A stretch of 64,000 bases of DNA from Octopus vulgaris (lineage: Eukaryota): the NCBI GenBank assembly GCA_951406725.2, contig OX597836.1, positions 22,878,001 to 22,942,000 on the forward strand, given 5' to 3'. The notes beneath the pieces are model-generated. The model did not search any database, was not told the origin of the DNA, and was given only the letters and a program-made list of their open reading frames with translations. This document shows, in pieces, positions 44,593-57,785 of the stretch (positions are counted from its first letter, which is position 1; the number at the start of each line of letters is the position of its first letter). A program made the position numbers and the translations under genes.

Positions 44593-45016
44593 ATTACTTC
44601 TATACATGTCTAGTCCTCATGTTGTTTCAGAGCCATACGCCTTTCTTTTGTGTGTGTATTTATATACATAGCAACTACTTGTGTTGTGTTTGTTTTGTCA
44701 GAATCCTTTACATTCGCTCATATATTCCCAGCTTCTTGGTGTTGATGCCAACAAAATGAACATTGTTATTATTATTAAAGGCATGCAATTGTAATGATAT
44801 TTGGATGATAACTGATGAGGGGCAACTCATGCCCATATCTTGTGTGTGAATTTCCTGTTTGTTGCTATGTCATTCTTCCAAGCAGTTTTTTAATCTTATT
44901 GTGCATGTGTGTATGTATGTATGTGTGTGTGTGTAAATGCATACATGCTTGTATATATGCATATGTACTTGTGTGTATGCAAGGGAATATATGTATGTGT
45001 GTGTGTGTGCCTGTAT

Positions 45017-45081
<65 letters not shown>

Positions 45082-45392
45082 CATATGAAACTGACCAAAA
45101 ACAAGAATAACAGCAAATGAACAAAGATGTAATAGTAACCAGATGAAATAATTAGGTGATCTACTTTAATTAAGCAAGGCTTTGAGTGCATTAGTTAAAG
45201 AAGTAAACAGTTCATTAATCACATTCACTCTAGTATTGGTAGAAATTAACACACCACTAATGAGTACTCTATTCATTTTGTTTTAATTAGGATACTCTGA
45301 ATGTCCTTGCAGAAAAAAAAAGAAACATGGTCATTCTTTTGGGAATACAGTGTATATGTGTGTGTGTGTGTGTGTTTGTGAGAGAGAGAGAG

Positions 45393-45434
<42 letters not shown>

Positions 45435-45617
45435 TGTTTATTAGTGTTATTATTGTGTGTATATTCATGTGTATAGGAATGGATAAATATATATATATAT
45501 ATACACAAAACACATCATAGCATACTTATGTATATGTATGTATGTGTATGTGTGTGTGTTTGCGTGTGTGTGTGTGCATGTATGTGTATATATATATTTA
45601 TATATATACACACACTC

Positions 45618-45716
<99 letters not shown>

Positions 45717-45803
45717 TAATCCAAACGGGAAACAAAAAAACAACAACAAGGGAACAATTACAGTATTATTATTAATAGGCGCTCAGGAAATGGAAGCAGG
45801 GAG

Positions 45804-45838
45804 GTATGACGTTTCGAGCGGAGCTCTTCGTCGGAAAC
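45804..45838 (-). ncRNA. Minimal type I hammerhead ribozyme-like motif (CCGACGA core) in the PLE terminus
   Basis: GTTT-CCGACGA-A-GAGC-TCC-GCTC-GAAA-CGTC-ATAC: helix II intact, palindromic ACGT as helix III, GUC cleavage triplet. Confidence 0.7.
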
Positions 45839-48701
45839 ATAAAGAAGGAAGAGAGAGAAAAGAAAGATCCCGGAGCGGGCAACGGAGATAGAGAAAAAAA
45901 CGGCTGGTGTTAGCAGTAGCACATGGTGAAAGGCGGATGTTTACGATAACAAGAGCAAAGTGGGTTTTTAAAGGCAAAAGAGTGGAGACAAGGTTGGTAA
46001 CGCAACAGATGTGTGTGTATGTGTGAGTGTGTGCGTGTGCGTGTGTGTATGTGTGTGTGTGAGGCGAGGTAAAAAAACAAAAAATATATGTATGTGTTAG
46101 TGTGTGCGTCTGTGTGTAGGCGTGTGAGGTAGGGCGAGACGGTGGTCAGCATAGCAGCAGCATAGCAGACAAAGGTCAGTAGTGAGAAAAGGGAGGAAGG
46201 AGGAAGGGAGGGAGGGGAAGGGGTGGGGGCGTATGTAGCGTGCCAGCGTGTGTTGAGTAGTAGTGTGTGTGTGTGTCCAGTGTCGTGGTAGTATTAGTGG
46301 CGAGTAGATTGAATGTGTGTAAGAGTGATGTATATGTTTAAGCAATGTGTGTATATGTGTGCGCGTGTGTGTAACGAAAAAAGGGGGGTTTAGGAAAAGG
46401 ACTCCAGCGGAGGGGAAGATGGAAGAGTGGTCCCGCGGAGACGGGCGTGGGAAAACCCAACGACAAGCGACATCCCAGGAACGGGCGGGAGGTCTCGTCG
46501 GGTCCAAGGGCGAGGTGCATGCGGGCGCATGCGTGCGCGAACCGGCGCAAACGCGTGTGTGCGCGAGCCTGCGAGTGTGCGCGTACGTATGTGTGCGTGT
46601 GGATGTGTGAGTGTGTCTGTGTGTATGTCTGGGTGGCAGTGTGTCCGATGAATGTATGTGAGTATGTGTGTATATATGTGTGTGCATAGATGTATGTCCG
46701 TGTGTGTGTGTGTGTGTATGTGTGTATGAGTGTGTATGTATGTACGTGTGGGTGTGGGGAAGTGTGTGTATGTGCATGTGTGTGCGCGAACATACAGGTG
46801 TGTGAGTGAGTGCGTGTGTGTGTATGTATGTGTGAGTGTGTATGTATGTGTGTGTAGGATGCATGTATGTGTATGGGTGTATGTATGCGTGTGTGTGTGT
46901 ATGTATGTGTACGTGTGTGTGTGTGTGTGTGTGTGTGTAGGTGTGCGCGTGTGCATGCGTGCATGTATGTGCGTATGTGTGTGTGTGTGCATGTGTGTGG
47001 GTATATATGTGTGTGCGTATATGTGTGTGTATGTGCGTACATGTGTGTGTGTGTGCATGTGTGTGTGTAGGTGTGTAGGCGTGTGTGTATAGGTGTATGT
47101 ATGTAAGTATGTATGGGTGTGTCCGTGTATGTGTGTATGTATGTGTGTGTATGTAGCTGTGTGGGCGTGTGTATATGTGTGTGTATGTAGGTGTGTAGGC
47201 GTGTGTATATAGGTGTATGTATGTATGTCTGGGTGTGTCCGTGCATGTTTGTGTGTGTGTGTGTGTGCATGTGTATGTAGGTGTGTGTGTACGTGTGTAA
47301 TGTATGTGTGTATGCGTGTGTATGCGTGCGTGTGTGTATGTAGGTGCGTGTGTATGTGTGTGGGAGTGTAGGTGTGTGTGTGCGTGTGCGTGTTTATGTT
47401 GGTGTGTGCGTATGTGAGTGTGAGTGTATGAGTGTTTGTCATGCATGTGTGTGCGCGTGCAGGTGAGTGTGTGTGTAAGTATGTGTGTGTGTATGTTTGT
47501 GTGAGTGTGTATGTGTGTATGTCTGTGTGTATGTATGTGCGTATAGGAGTATGTAGGTATGTGTGTGTGTATGTATATGGGTGTATGTATGTGTGTGTGT
47601 GTGCATGTGTATAAGTATATGCGTGTGTGCGTATGTGTGTGTATGTGTATGTGTGTGTGTTTATGTATGTGTGTATGTATGTGTGTAGGCGTGAGTGTGT
47701 AGATGTATCTATGTATGGGTGTGTGTCAGTGTGTGTTTGTGTGTGTGTAGGTAGATGTGTGTGTCTGAGTGAGGGTATGGCTGTGTAGGTGTGTGTGTGT
47801 ATGAATGTAAGTGTGTGCGTATACAAGTGTAATGTATGTATGTGGGTGTGTGTGTGTGTGTATGTGTACGTGTGCGTGTGTATGTGTGTGTGTGTATGCG
47901 TGTGTGTGTGTGTGTGTGTGTATGTCTGAAGTGGGTATGTGTGTGTATGTATGTATGTGTGTGTGTGTGCGGGTATGTGTGTGTGTGTATGTGTGTGTGT
48001 GAGTAGGTGTGCGTGTATGTATGTGGGTAGGGATGCATGCGAGTGTGTGGGTATGTATGCAAACATACGCAAGCGCACAACCGAAGCAAGCCCACACACA
48101 CGAAGCGCGCTCACGCACACAACGCACAAGCAGTGCAACGCAAGCCCAAAGGGGCCGACCGAGCCCCCAGCGCGCGCCAAGGCGCGCGAGCGCAAAGGCC
48201 CTCGAACGCCCCGCTACGCGGGAACCGAGGATCCATCAGCCAAAACCGGAAAGCAGAAAAGAGGGGGGGCTGCCTGGATGCAAAAAGGTGTATGTGTGTG
48301 TGCATTCAGTGTACGGGTGTGCATGAGTGGGTATGTATGTATGTATGTGCCTACATGTATGTGTGCATGTGTGTGTGTGTGAGGTATGTACGTGCGGTGT
48401 GTGTGTGTGAGTGTGTGTGTATGTATGTGCGTATGTATGTGTGTGTGTATGTGTGTATGTATGTCTGTGTGTGTGTGTGTGTGTAAGTATGTATGCGTGT
48501 GTGTATGTATGTGTGTGTGTATGTGCATGTGTGTCTGTAAGTGTGTGTGATTAAATGTGTGAATGTATGTACGTAGATGGGTCTACGTATGTGTGTGTGT
48601 GAACAGGCGTGTGGGAGGTAGGTAGGTGGGTGGGAGGTAGGTGGGTGGGTGTGTGTGGGTGGTGTGTCCGGAAAAAAAAAAAAAAAAAAAAAAAAACGGT
48701 C

Positions 48702-50100
48702 TCAAGAGGAGGGGGCTGTGTTAAGTCCGTGTGGGGTGGTAGTTTGTAGGGTGAAGATGTAGCGTTGCTCCAAGTGGAGCCTGGAAAGTGGGCGACCATT
48801 GTGGGGGCGAGACCAAACACTGAGATGTCATCTCGGGAATGGCCGGCCGAGCGGAAGTGGCGTGCGACGGGAGAAAAAGAGTGTAGGCGAACGTCCCTCA
48901 AGTGTTCAGTGAAACGGTCGGACAACCGGCGTCCCGTCTGACCTACATACAGCATCCCGCATAGGTTGCATTTAATGCAGTAAATAAGGCCAGACGAGGT
49001 GCACGTAAAAGAGTGCCTAATGCGTACAGTATGCAGGTTGGAGCCGGTGACAGCGGTGGTGTTGGTGATGAAGGGGCAAGTGTTGCAGCGGGATCTAGAG
49101 CAAGGGAATGATCCGTGTGGGGCTGAGGGGGAAGGGGAGAGGGTGCTGTGGACCAGGAGGTCACGCAGATTGCGGGCTCGTTTGAAAGAGGACAGGGGTG
49201 GGTTAGGGAAAATGGGGCGGGTGGTGGGATCAAGCTGGAGGCGACGGAAGGCACGTAGTATCTTGCGACGAAGGGGTAGGGTAGAGGGGTGGAAAAGGAG
49301 GGGGAAGGGGGTGCGGTTGGGGGGTGGGCGGGGGGAAGGAGACAAGGCGGTAGTGCGGTCGATGCGACGGGCGCGGGTGAGGGCATCAGAGAGGAGTGTG
49401 GGTGGGTAACCTCGGAGTCTGAACATGCGGGCCAGGTATTGAGATTGGGTCTCGAAATCCTGGTCGCGGCTGCACAAACGTCGGAGGCGGAGGAACTGGG
49501 AGTAGGGGATGGCTCGTTTGGTGTGGAAGGGGTGGGAGGAAGAGAAGTTGAGATAGAGGTGGGAATCCGTAGGTTTAAAGAAGGCGGTGGTGGTGAGAGA
49601 GCTGGAGGGGTGATCGATGCGGAGAGAGATGTCAAGGAAGTTGACAGAGGTGTTGGAGATGGTGGAGGTGAATTGAAGAGAGGGGGTGAAAGTTGGAAAG
49701 GAAAGAGATGAATTGGCCGAGAAGTTCCCGGGAAAGGGAGGTGGCACCTACACAGTCGTCGATATAGCGACCGTATAGTTCGGGGGTCGGCCCAGAGAAC
49801 TGGGAGAACACTTGGGCCTCAATGTAGCCAAGAAAGAGATTGGCGAAATTGGGGCCCATCCTAGTTCCCATCGCGACCCCGGACACCTGTTGGTACGTTT
49901 CCCCGGCGAACGTGAAGCAATTGAGGGTGAGGACGAGCTCAGCCAAACGGAGAAGGGTGGGGGTGCTGGGGGTGGGGTCGGGACGACGGTCGAGGAAGTG
50001 TTGGAGGGCTAGGAGACCGTCATTGTGGGGAATCACTGTGTACAGGGATTTTACATCTAAGGTGAAGAGGAGGTGTGAGGGGCTGGAAGGGAAGGAAAAA
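48702..50100 (-). pseudogene. PLE reverse transcriptase + GIY-YIG endonuclease ORF with two frameshifts
   Basis: Motifs LFTLDVKSLYTVIP, GVAMGTRMGPNFANLF, RYIDD, FLDI, KPTDSHLYL, CSRSRCNTC linker, IYCIKCNLCGMLYVGQTGRRLSDRFTEH and EQRYIFTLQTTTPHGLN. Frameshifts fall in G5 runs near 49684 and 48805. Confidence 0.92.
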
Positions 50101-50109
50101 TATATATAT

Positions 50110-50193
<84 letters not shown>

Positions 50194-51215
50194 TATATTT
50201 AACCTTTATTCTCAAATTATATTATAAAATTTCAAAAATTGTTTACAGAGAGTTGATCATAAATTTAAGAATATATAAATACACATGTATATATTCATGT
50301 GTATTTATGCATCTATATGTATGTGTGTGTATGTATATAAAATAGATGTATATATATGTATGTGAGTAGATATTTATGTGTACATATATATATATTTACA
50401 TACATGTACACAAAATTTTTTCATGGGCCTTTAACATACCACTGCGGATCCCCAATTTATATGGACCCACTTCCCACCAAGGACCATAAGGACCCCGGTT
50501 GAAAACCACTGATTTAAATACTAAAGCGCATGCTGAATTTCATCATCATCATCATCATCATTATCATCATTTAATGTCCACTTTCCATGCTGGCATGGGT
50601 TAAACAGTTTAACTGAAATTGGTGAACTGGAGAGCTACACCAGGTTCCAGTTTGATTTGGCATGGTAGTCATGGCTGGATGCCCTTCTGAATGCTAACAA
50701 GTGTAAAGGGTACCTTTTACATGCCACCAACACCAGTAACACCGGTAATGGCCACGACTACAATTTCATGAGTGCCATTTACATGACATTAGCAACAGCA
50801 GGAGGCACAATGGCCCAGTGGTTAGGGCAGCGGACTCGCAGTCGGAGGATCGCGGTTTCGATTCCCAGATCGGGCGTTGTGTGTGTTTATTGAGCAAAAA
50901 CACCTAAAGCTCCACGAGGCTCCGGCAGGGGGTGGTGGCGACCCCTGTTGTACTCTTTCGCCCCAACTTTCTCTCACTCTTTCTTCCTGTTTCTTGTCCC
51001 CGACTTCCTACGCAACCGCTGAGCCTGGATGCGCATTCATCCATCCATCGATGTTCTCGGTGTCGGGGGTTGACCTGTTTTCTCTTCTGTGGGTCTCACA
51101 AATAGCAAAGAACCACGTTTTGGACTGCTCAGACTGGACCACTCAACAGCAACAGCAACAGCAACAATTTTGGTTTCACTTGGCTTGATGAGTCTTCTAC
51201 TCAAGCACAACATAT

Positions 51216-51450
51216 ATATTTCTTTACTACCCACAAGGGGCTAAACACAGAGAGGACAAACAAGGACAGATACACGGATTAAGTCGATCATATCGACCCC
51301 AGTGCGTAACTGGTACTTATTTAATCAACCCCGAAAGGATGAAAGGCAAAGTCGACCTCGGCGGAATTTGAACTCAGAACGTAGCGGTAGACGAAATACC
51401 GCTAAGCATTTCACCCGCCGTGCTAACGTTTCTGCCAGCTCACCGCCTTA
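51216..51450 (-). mobile_element. SINE family C (Nin-domain-like core) with 17-bp TSD, inserted in an RTE remnant
   Basis: Core CCTTTCATCCTTTCGGGGTtGAT..AAGTACCAG; TSD ACTCAAGCACAACATAT at 51199-51215 and 51451-51467. Other copies at 100-260, 7490-7810, 25165-25340, 28710-29600, 37910-38145 and 58640-59100. Confidence 0.85.
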
Positions 51451-52218
51451 ACTCAAGCACAACATATCACTGAAGGTCTCAGTCAGTTGTCATCACCTCC
51501 ATGAGACCCAACATGCAATGACCATGCTTCACTTCCACCTTAACAAAACACTAATTTTCACCATGAAAAATTCTCATCTTAGTAAGGAAGAAGTTGACAG
51601 TATTTTGTCAAGTTTGATGGTAATTTATGGATATGATAATTATGATACTAACATGGAAGTCTAGTAACTCAGCAGAAGTCACAGATCTCATGAGAATATT
51701 TACATTATTCTGTATTAAATCTGAGTTTCCTTCTATGCTTGGAGGATTGTATGTGATGATACTGTTTTTTCCTTTTTATAAATTCAACAAAATTTTAGCG
51801 ACGAAAATATTTTGACAAATTAAACTTAAATGTTGAAGTGAATTGAACGGCTTTTGTGTGTTTCTTAAATGGTTTATAAACACCTTCCACGCTGCAATTG
51901 TTTTCATTTCAGCACACGATCTCAGATCAAATCACTTGCTATGCGAGTACATCTCCGAAATTCAACAAGGTTGAATTAGAAAGAAGCAAAAAAAATATTA
52001 TTTTAAAAATTTGAGTTGGGGTAGCTTTCTAATTATAAAACAGCTTATTTTTTAGATATTTCTTTAAATCTTGATAGTAGTTTATATAAACTTTATCATA
52101 AAAGCAATGAAAAATCTTCAGTATATTAACTGTAGATCAAGTCATCCGTATGAAATAATTAAGCCAATCATCAAAAAGAAATAATCATTTAAAACAATGC
52201 AGAAATTAAGCTATGTCC

Positions 52219-52341
<123 letters not shown>

Positions 52342-52460
52342 TGTGTGTGTGTATGTGTGTGTGTCTGTGTGTGTATGTGTGTGTGTGTCTGTGTGTGTAT
52401 GTGTGTGTGTGTCTGTGTCTCTGTGTGTGTGTATGTGTGTGTCTGTGTGTGTGTATGTGT

Positions 52461-52493
<33 letters not shown>

Positions 52494-53031
52494 CATGCGC
52501 GCGCGTGCATGTGTCCTCCTCCACCACTTGGCAACCAGTGTCAGTTTGTTTACATCCCTGTAACTTAGTGGTTCAGCAAAAGAGTCCGATAGAATTCGTA
52601 CCAGGCTTAGCAAACAAATGATATGTACCGGGGTTGAATTCATTTGACTAAAAATTCTTCAGGGAGAGGTACCCAAGCATTGTGATGGTCCAAATGACTC
52701 AAACTAGTAAAAGATAAAAAAAATAAAGACATTACTCAGACAGTGAGGAGCCACCATCACTCTATCCACTCATGAAATCTGAGAAATATGCCCCCATTCA
52801 ATGTGTTGAACAGTGTCTCATCTATCATTTGTCCACTCACCCACGTCTTTCTCATGAAATCAGTAACTCTTTGTATCTGCAACTAAATCAGTTAACATGT
52901 CCTTCTTTGTTGGTTTTTTTATCATATGTAAGTCATGATCCAGACAGCCCTATGATCAAAAATATTTCAGTCATGACCATCCTGCCTTTTATTCAGATAT
53001 AGTGTTTCTTTTTTCAGATATAGTATATCTA

Positions 53032-54372
53032 AGGCGGCGAGCTGGCAGAATCGTTAGCACGGTCGGGCGAAATGCTTAGCAGTATTTCGTCTGCCGTTAC
53101 GTTCTGAGTTCAAATTCCGTTGAGGCCGACTTTGCCTTTCATCCTTTCAGGGTCGATTAAATTAAGTACCAGTTACGCACTGGGGTCAATATAATCGACT
53201 TAATCCGTTTGTCTGTCCTTGTTTGTTCTCTCTGTGTTTAGCCTCTTGTGGGCAGTAAAGAAATAGGTATTTTGTGTGTCTTTACGTTCTGAGTTCAAAT
53301 TCTGTCGAGGTCGACTTTGCCTTTCATCCTTTCAGGGTTGATTAAATTAAGTACCAGTTACGCACTGGGGTCGATATAATCGACTTAATCCGTTTGTCTG
53401 TCCTTGTTTGTCCTCTCTGTGTTTAGCCACTTGTGGGCAGTAAAGAAATAGGTATTTTGTCTGCCGCTACATTCTGAGTTCAAATTCCGTCGAGGTCGAC
53501 TTTACCTTTCATCCTTTCAGGGTCTATTAAATAAATACCAGTCACACACTGGGGTCGATATAATCGACTTAATCCGTTTGTCTGTCCTTGTTTGTTCTCT
53601 CTGTGTTTAGCCCCTTGTGGGCAGTAAAGAAATAGGTATTTTGTCTGCTGCTACATTCTGAGTTCAAATTCTGTCGAGGTCGACTTTGCCTTTCATTCTT
53701 TCAGGGTCGATTAAATTAAGTATCAGTTACGCACTGGGGTCGATATAATCCACTTAATCCGTTTGTCTGTCCTTGTTTGTCCTCTCTGTGTTTAGCCTCT
53801 TATGGGCAGTAAAGAAATAGGTATTTTGTCTGCCGCTACATTCTGATTTCAAATTCTGTTGAGGTCGACTTTGCCTTTCATCCTTTCAGGGTTGATTAAA
53901 TTAAGTATCAGTTACGCACTGGGGTCAATATAATCGACTTAATCCATTTGTCTGTCCTTGTTTGTCCTCTCTGTGTTTAGCCTCTTGTGGGCAGTAAAGA
54001 AATAGGTATTTTGTCTGTCTTTACATTCTGAGTTCAAATTCTGTCGAGGTCGACTTTGCCTTTCATCCTTTCAGGGTTGATTAAATTAAGTACCAGTTAC
54101 GCACTGGGGTCGATATAATCGACTTAATCCGTTTGTCTGTCCTTGTTTGTTCTCTCTGTGTTTAGCCCCTTGTGGGCAGTAAAGAAATAGGTATTTTGTC
54201 TGCCACTACGTTCTGAGTTCAAATTCCGTCGAGGTCGACTTTGCCTTTCATCCTTTCAAGGTTGATTAAATAAGTACCAGTCACGCACTGGGGTCGATAT
54301 AATCGACTTAATCCGTTTGTCTGTCCTTGTTTGTCCTCTCTGTGTTTAGCCCCTTGTGGGCAGTAAAGAAAT
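53032..54372 (+). repeat. Family C SINE followed by six further head-truncated units of about 185 bp, all inside one TSD
   Basis: Repeated junction AAAGAAAT|AGGTATTTTGT; TSD AGATATAGTATATCTA at 53016-53031 and 54373-54388. Confidence 0.9.
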
Positions 54373-54504
54373 AGATATAGTATATCTAGTGTTTCATGTG
54401 TCCTTCCTTGGTGTTGTTGTTTAGCCCCAGGATAGTCTTGATCCAGCAGACCTATGGTCAAAGATATTTCAGCTGTGACTGTCCTGCCTTTTATTCAGTC
54501 ATAG

Positions 54505-54772
54505 TTATCTCCCCTACTATCCCTCTAGCGTCTAACGTCTGACCTCTGATCTCTGATTTCTGCCTGAAATCAGAACGCCATGTTGGACCGTTAGCTCCTA
54601 CACGCATTTTTTCTCTCCTTGTTTCTTTTCTGTGTATCTTTCTGTCGAAGAGCGTAGGCTCGAAACATAAAAGACTTGTTTTATTTCTATTCCTGAGCGC
54701 TATACTAATACATTTGTTTGTTTGTACTCCACCTGCCTTCGTCTTTTGTTTATTTTCGTAAACCTTCCCATT
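54505..54772 (+). mobile_element. PLE-type terminal segment with hammerhead-like motif (54637-54674), inserted into a 126-bp repeat array
   Basis: TCTTT-CTGTCGA-A-GAGC-GTAG-GCTC-GAAA-CATA-AAAGA; homologous to 321-517. Confidence 0.7.
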
Positions 54773-55330
54773 ATATCTAGGACTACATTATCTAATGTGC
54801 CCTGCCTTGTTGTTTAGCCTTTTGTCAGTCCCAATCCAACAGTGTTATGACCAGAGATGTTCCGAGTGTGACCACCCTGACTTTTATTCAGACACAGTGT
54901 ATCTAGGAGTATATTATCTAATGTGCCCTGCCTTGTTGTTTAGCCTTTTGTCAGTTCCAATCCAACAGTGCTATGACCAGAGATGTTCCAAGTGTGACCA
55001 CCCTGGCTTTTATTCAGACACAGTGTATCTAGGAGTACGTTATCTAATGTGTCCTCCCTTGTTGTTTAGCCTTTTGTCAGTCCCAATCCAACAGTGCTAT
55101 GACCAGAGATGTTCCAAGTGTGACCACCCTGGCTTTTATTCAGACACAGTGTATCTAGGAGTACATTATCTAATGTGCCCTGCCTTGTTATTGTTCAGCC
55201 CCACAAGAGGACACTCCTGATCCAGACAGACCTATGGTCAAAGATGTTCCAGCTGTGACCATTCTGTTTTTTATTCAGACATAGTGTATCTAGGACTACA
55301 TTATTTAGTGTGTCCTTTGTCCCAATTGTT
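54773..55330. repeat. 126-bp tandem repeat (3 close copies plus degenerate flanking units)
   Basis: Repeated TATCTAGGA..TTATCTAATGTGCCCTGCC..TTTTATTCAGACACAGTG; degenerate units also near 52930-53030 and 54388-54500. Confidence 0.9.
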
Positions 55331-56129
55331 ATTGCTTAGCCCCCACATCACTCTTGATCCAGAAGATCTATGACCAAAATCATTAATTTCTGGTGTGGGA
55401 GATTAAGATAAGCCTCCCTCAGTATGTCTATGGTTGATGGAGAGACACCCGAGCATCTTCCATTCAGTGCTGATGGTCACACTGTGTCAACATTTTCTGA
55501 GTTTTTATCGATTAAATACCATATTTGATGGCTTATATACTCTTTTACTTGTTTCAGTCATTTGACTGCGGCCATGCTGGAGCACCACCTTTAGTCGAGC
55601 AAATCGACCCCGGGACTTATTCTTTGTAAGCCCAGTACTTATTCTATCGGTTTCTTATGCCGAACCGCTAAGTGACGGGGACATAAACACACCAGCATCG
55701 GTTGTCAAGCAATGCTAGGGGGACAAACACAGACACACACATATATATATATACATATATACGACAGGCTTCTTTCAGTTTCCGTCTACCAAATCCACTC
55801 ACAAGGCATTGGTCGGCCCGAGGCTATAGCAGAAGATACTTGCCCAAGGTGCCGCGCAGTGGGACTGAACCCGGAACCATGTGGTTGGTAAGCAAGCTAC
55901 TTACCACACAGCCACTCCGCTTATTTCCAAAAATACCTCAAAATGTTTATTATTCTTTTATCTTTTATTGTTTACTCATTTGTCCTATATACAAAATGTC
56001 TACTCTTTGTCCTATATACGAAATGTACCCCAAAACCACATAAGATAATCTGGTCCTTGATGCTCACTACTATAGGCTAATTTTGATCCAGGCAGTCTCT
56101 TACACTTTGCCTGATTCCATAGGATTTCT

Positions 56130-56992
56130 TTAACCCTTTCATTACTGCATTTATTTTGAGATGTTTTGTGTTTCTTTCAATTAATTTTAAATATAACAAA
56201 GAATTTAGTAAAATAACTTAGTTATCATTAAGCTAGTGTTAGGAACATAAATTGTGACTAAGGTTTGCTGGAATATTTTCATTCAAAACTTATGAAAACA
56301 AGACATTTTTACTACAGAGCCAGAGCTGGTTTCAGCCAGGTTGGTAACGAAAGGGTTAAACCAGCCATATCTGGCCAAAATATTCTGTTTGTTTTATGTT
56401 AGAACTGGCCAGACACAGTCTCTGCCATCTACCCAACTAAAAGTAAACAATCTCATAATAGAAATCCAAAATGCATGATTAATTCAAAATAATGTGAATA
56501 AATAAGCATTAAATTTGACAAACTAATCTGAATGCTAAAGGTTTGATCCTTTTATTGTAGAAATCAGGTATATCCCTTCCAAATTTCATTACTTTTAACC
56601 CTTTCAATACCAAACTGGCTGAAACCACCTCTGACTCTGTAGTACAAATGTCTTGTTTTCAAAAATTCTGAATTAAAATCTGCCACCAAACCTTAGTCAC
56701 AATTTATGTACCTAACACTAGCTGAATGTATTTTACTAAATTCATTGTTATATTTAAGGTAATTGAAAGAACTACAGAGCACCTCAAAATAAATACAGTA
56801 ACGAAAGGGTTAACAGTGTAAAGCAGTTTTATATCCAAATCTACCCTTTGGTGAGGAATGTCATGTTCAAAACTATTTTTCTGATGAGATATGTCAAGTT
56901 TATTGACGTAACTTGCAGAAAATGCCAATTCTGTTTTCAGCAGATATCTAATAACATTACTGGAATAGCCATGAATCACAGTTAAGGGTTAA
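56130..56992. mobile_element. Cluster of TTAACCCTT-ended MITEs (piggyBac-like termini)
   Basis: Consecutive units bounded by TTAACCCTTT...AAAGGGTTAA. 56130-56359 and 56596-56813 are inverted copies. Related fragments at 28440-28560 and 30690-31160. Confidence 0.55.
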
Positions 56993-57785
56993 ATCAATCC
57001 CCTAGTACTTAACTGCTACTTATACAAACCAATGAGGGAGCCTCTAGTTATAGTAGTCTTCTATTATAATTCCATTTATATCTAGAATGTTTTATATAAA
57101 TATTAAAGCAACCTCAGTACTTAACTATTACTTATATAAACCAATGAGGAGGCCTCTAGGTAGTCTTAGTTTTCTGTTATGATCCCAATCCCATCTTGGA
57201 TGCTCTATAGGAATATTAAAGCAACCTCAGTACTTAACTATTACTTATATAAACCAATGAGGAGGCCTCTAGGTAGTCTTAGTTTTCTGTTATGATCCCA
57301 ATCCCATCTTGGATGCTCTATAGGAATATTAAATCAACCGAGGTACTTAACTGCTACTTATATAAACCAATGAGGGGGCCTCTAGGTAGTCTTAGTTTTC
57401 TGTTATGATCCTAATCCCATCTTGGATGCTCTATAGAAATATTAAATCAACTGAGGTACTTAACTGCTACTTATATAAACCAATGAGGGGGCCTCTAGGT
57501 AGTCTTAGTTTTCTGTTATGATCCTAACCCCATCTTGGATGCTCTATAGAAATATTAAATCAACTGAGGTGCTTAACTGCTACTTATATAAACCAATGAG
57601 GGGGCCTCTAGGTAGTCTTAGTTTTCTGTTATGATCCCAATCCCATCTTGGATGCTCTATAGAAATATTAAATCAACTGAGGTACTTAACTGCTACTTAT
57701 ATAAACCAATGAGGGAGCCTTCTAGGTAGTCTTAGCTTTCTCTTATAATTCCACTCACATCTTGGATGCTTTATAGAAATAATAA
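56988..57785. repeat. 113-bp tandem repeat, about 7 copies
   Basis: AACCAATGAG at 57252, 57365, 57478, 57591 and 57704. Confidence 0.92.

Larger units (their letters stand above)
45714..50100 (-). mobile_element. Penelope-like retroelement (Neptune-type), 5'-truncated, inserted in (TA)n
   Basis: RT + GIY-YIG ORF, then about 2.7 kb of CA-rich 3' region, then a terminal segment carrying a hammerhead motif. (TA)n tracts on both flanks. Confidence 0.9.

Noticed and set aside
46097-48528. Long HT-rich and CV-rich ORFs (up to 601 aa)
   Set aside because: Translation of degenerate CA/TG repeats within the PLE 3' region.
54795-55220. 141-aa ORF with 42-aa Cys-containing repeats
   Set aside because: Arises from a 126-bp tandem repeat whose flanking units are degenerate and interrupted by insertions.
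53032-57785. CRISPR-like regular arrays
   Set aside because: Whole units repeat with no unique spacers, there are no cas genes, and the context is eukaryotic.
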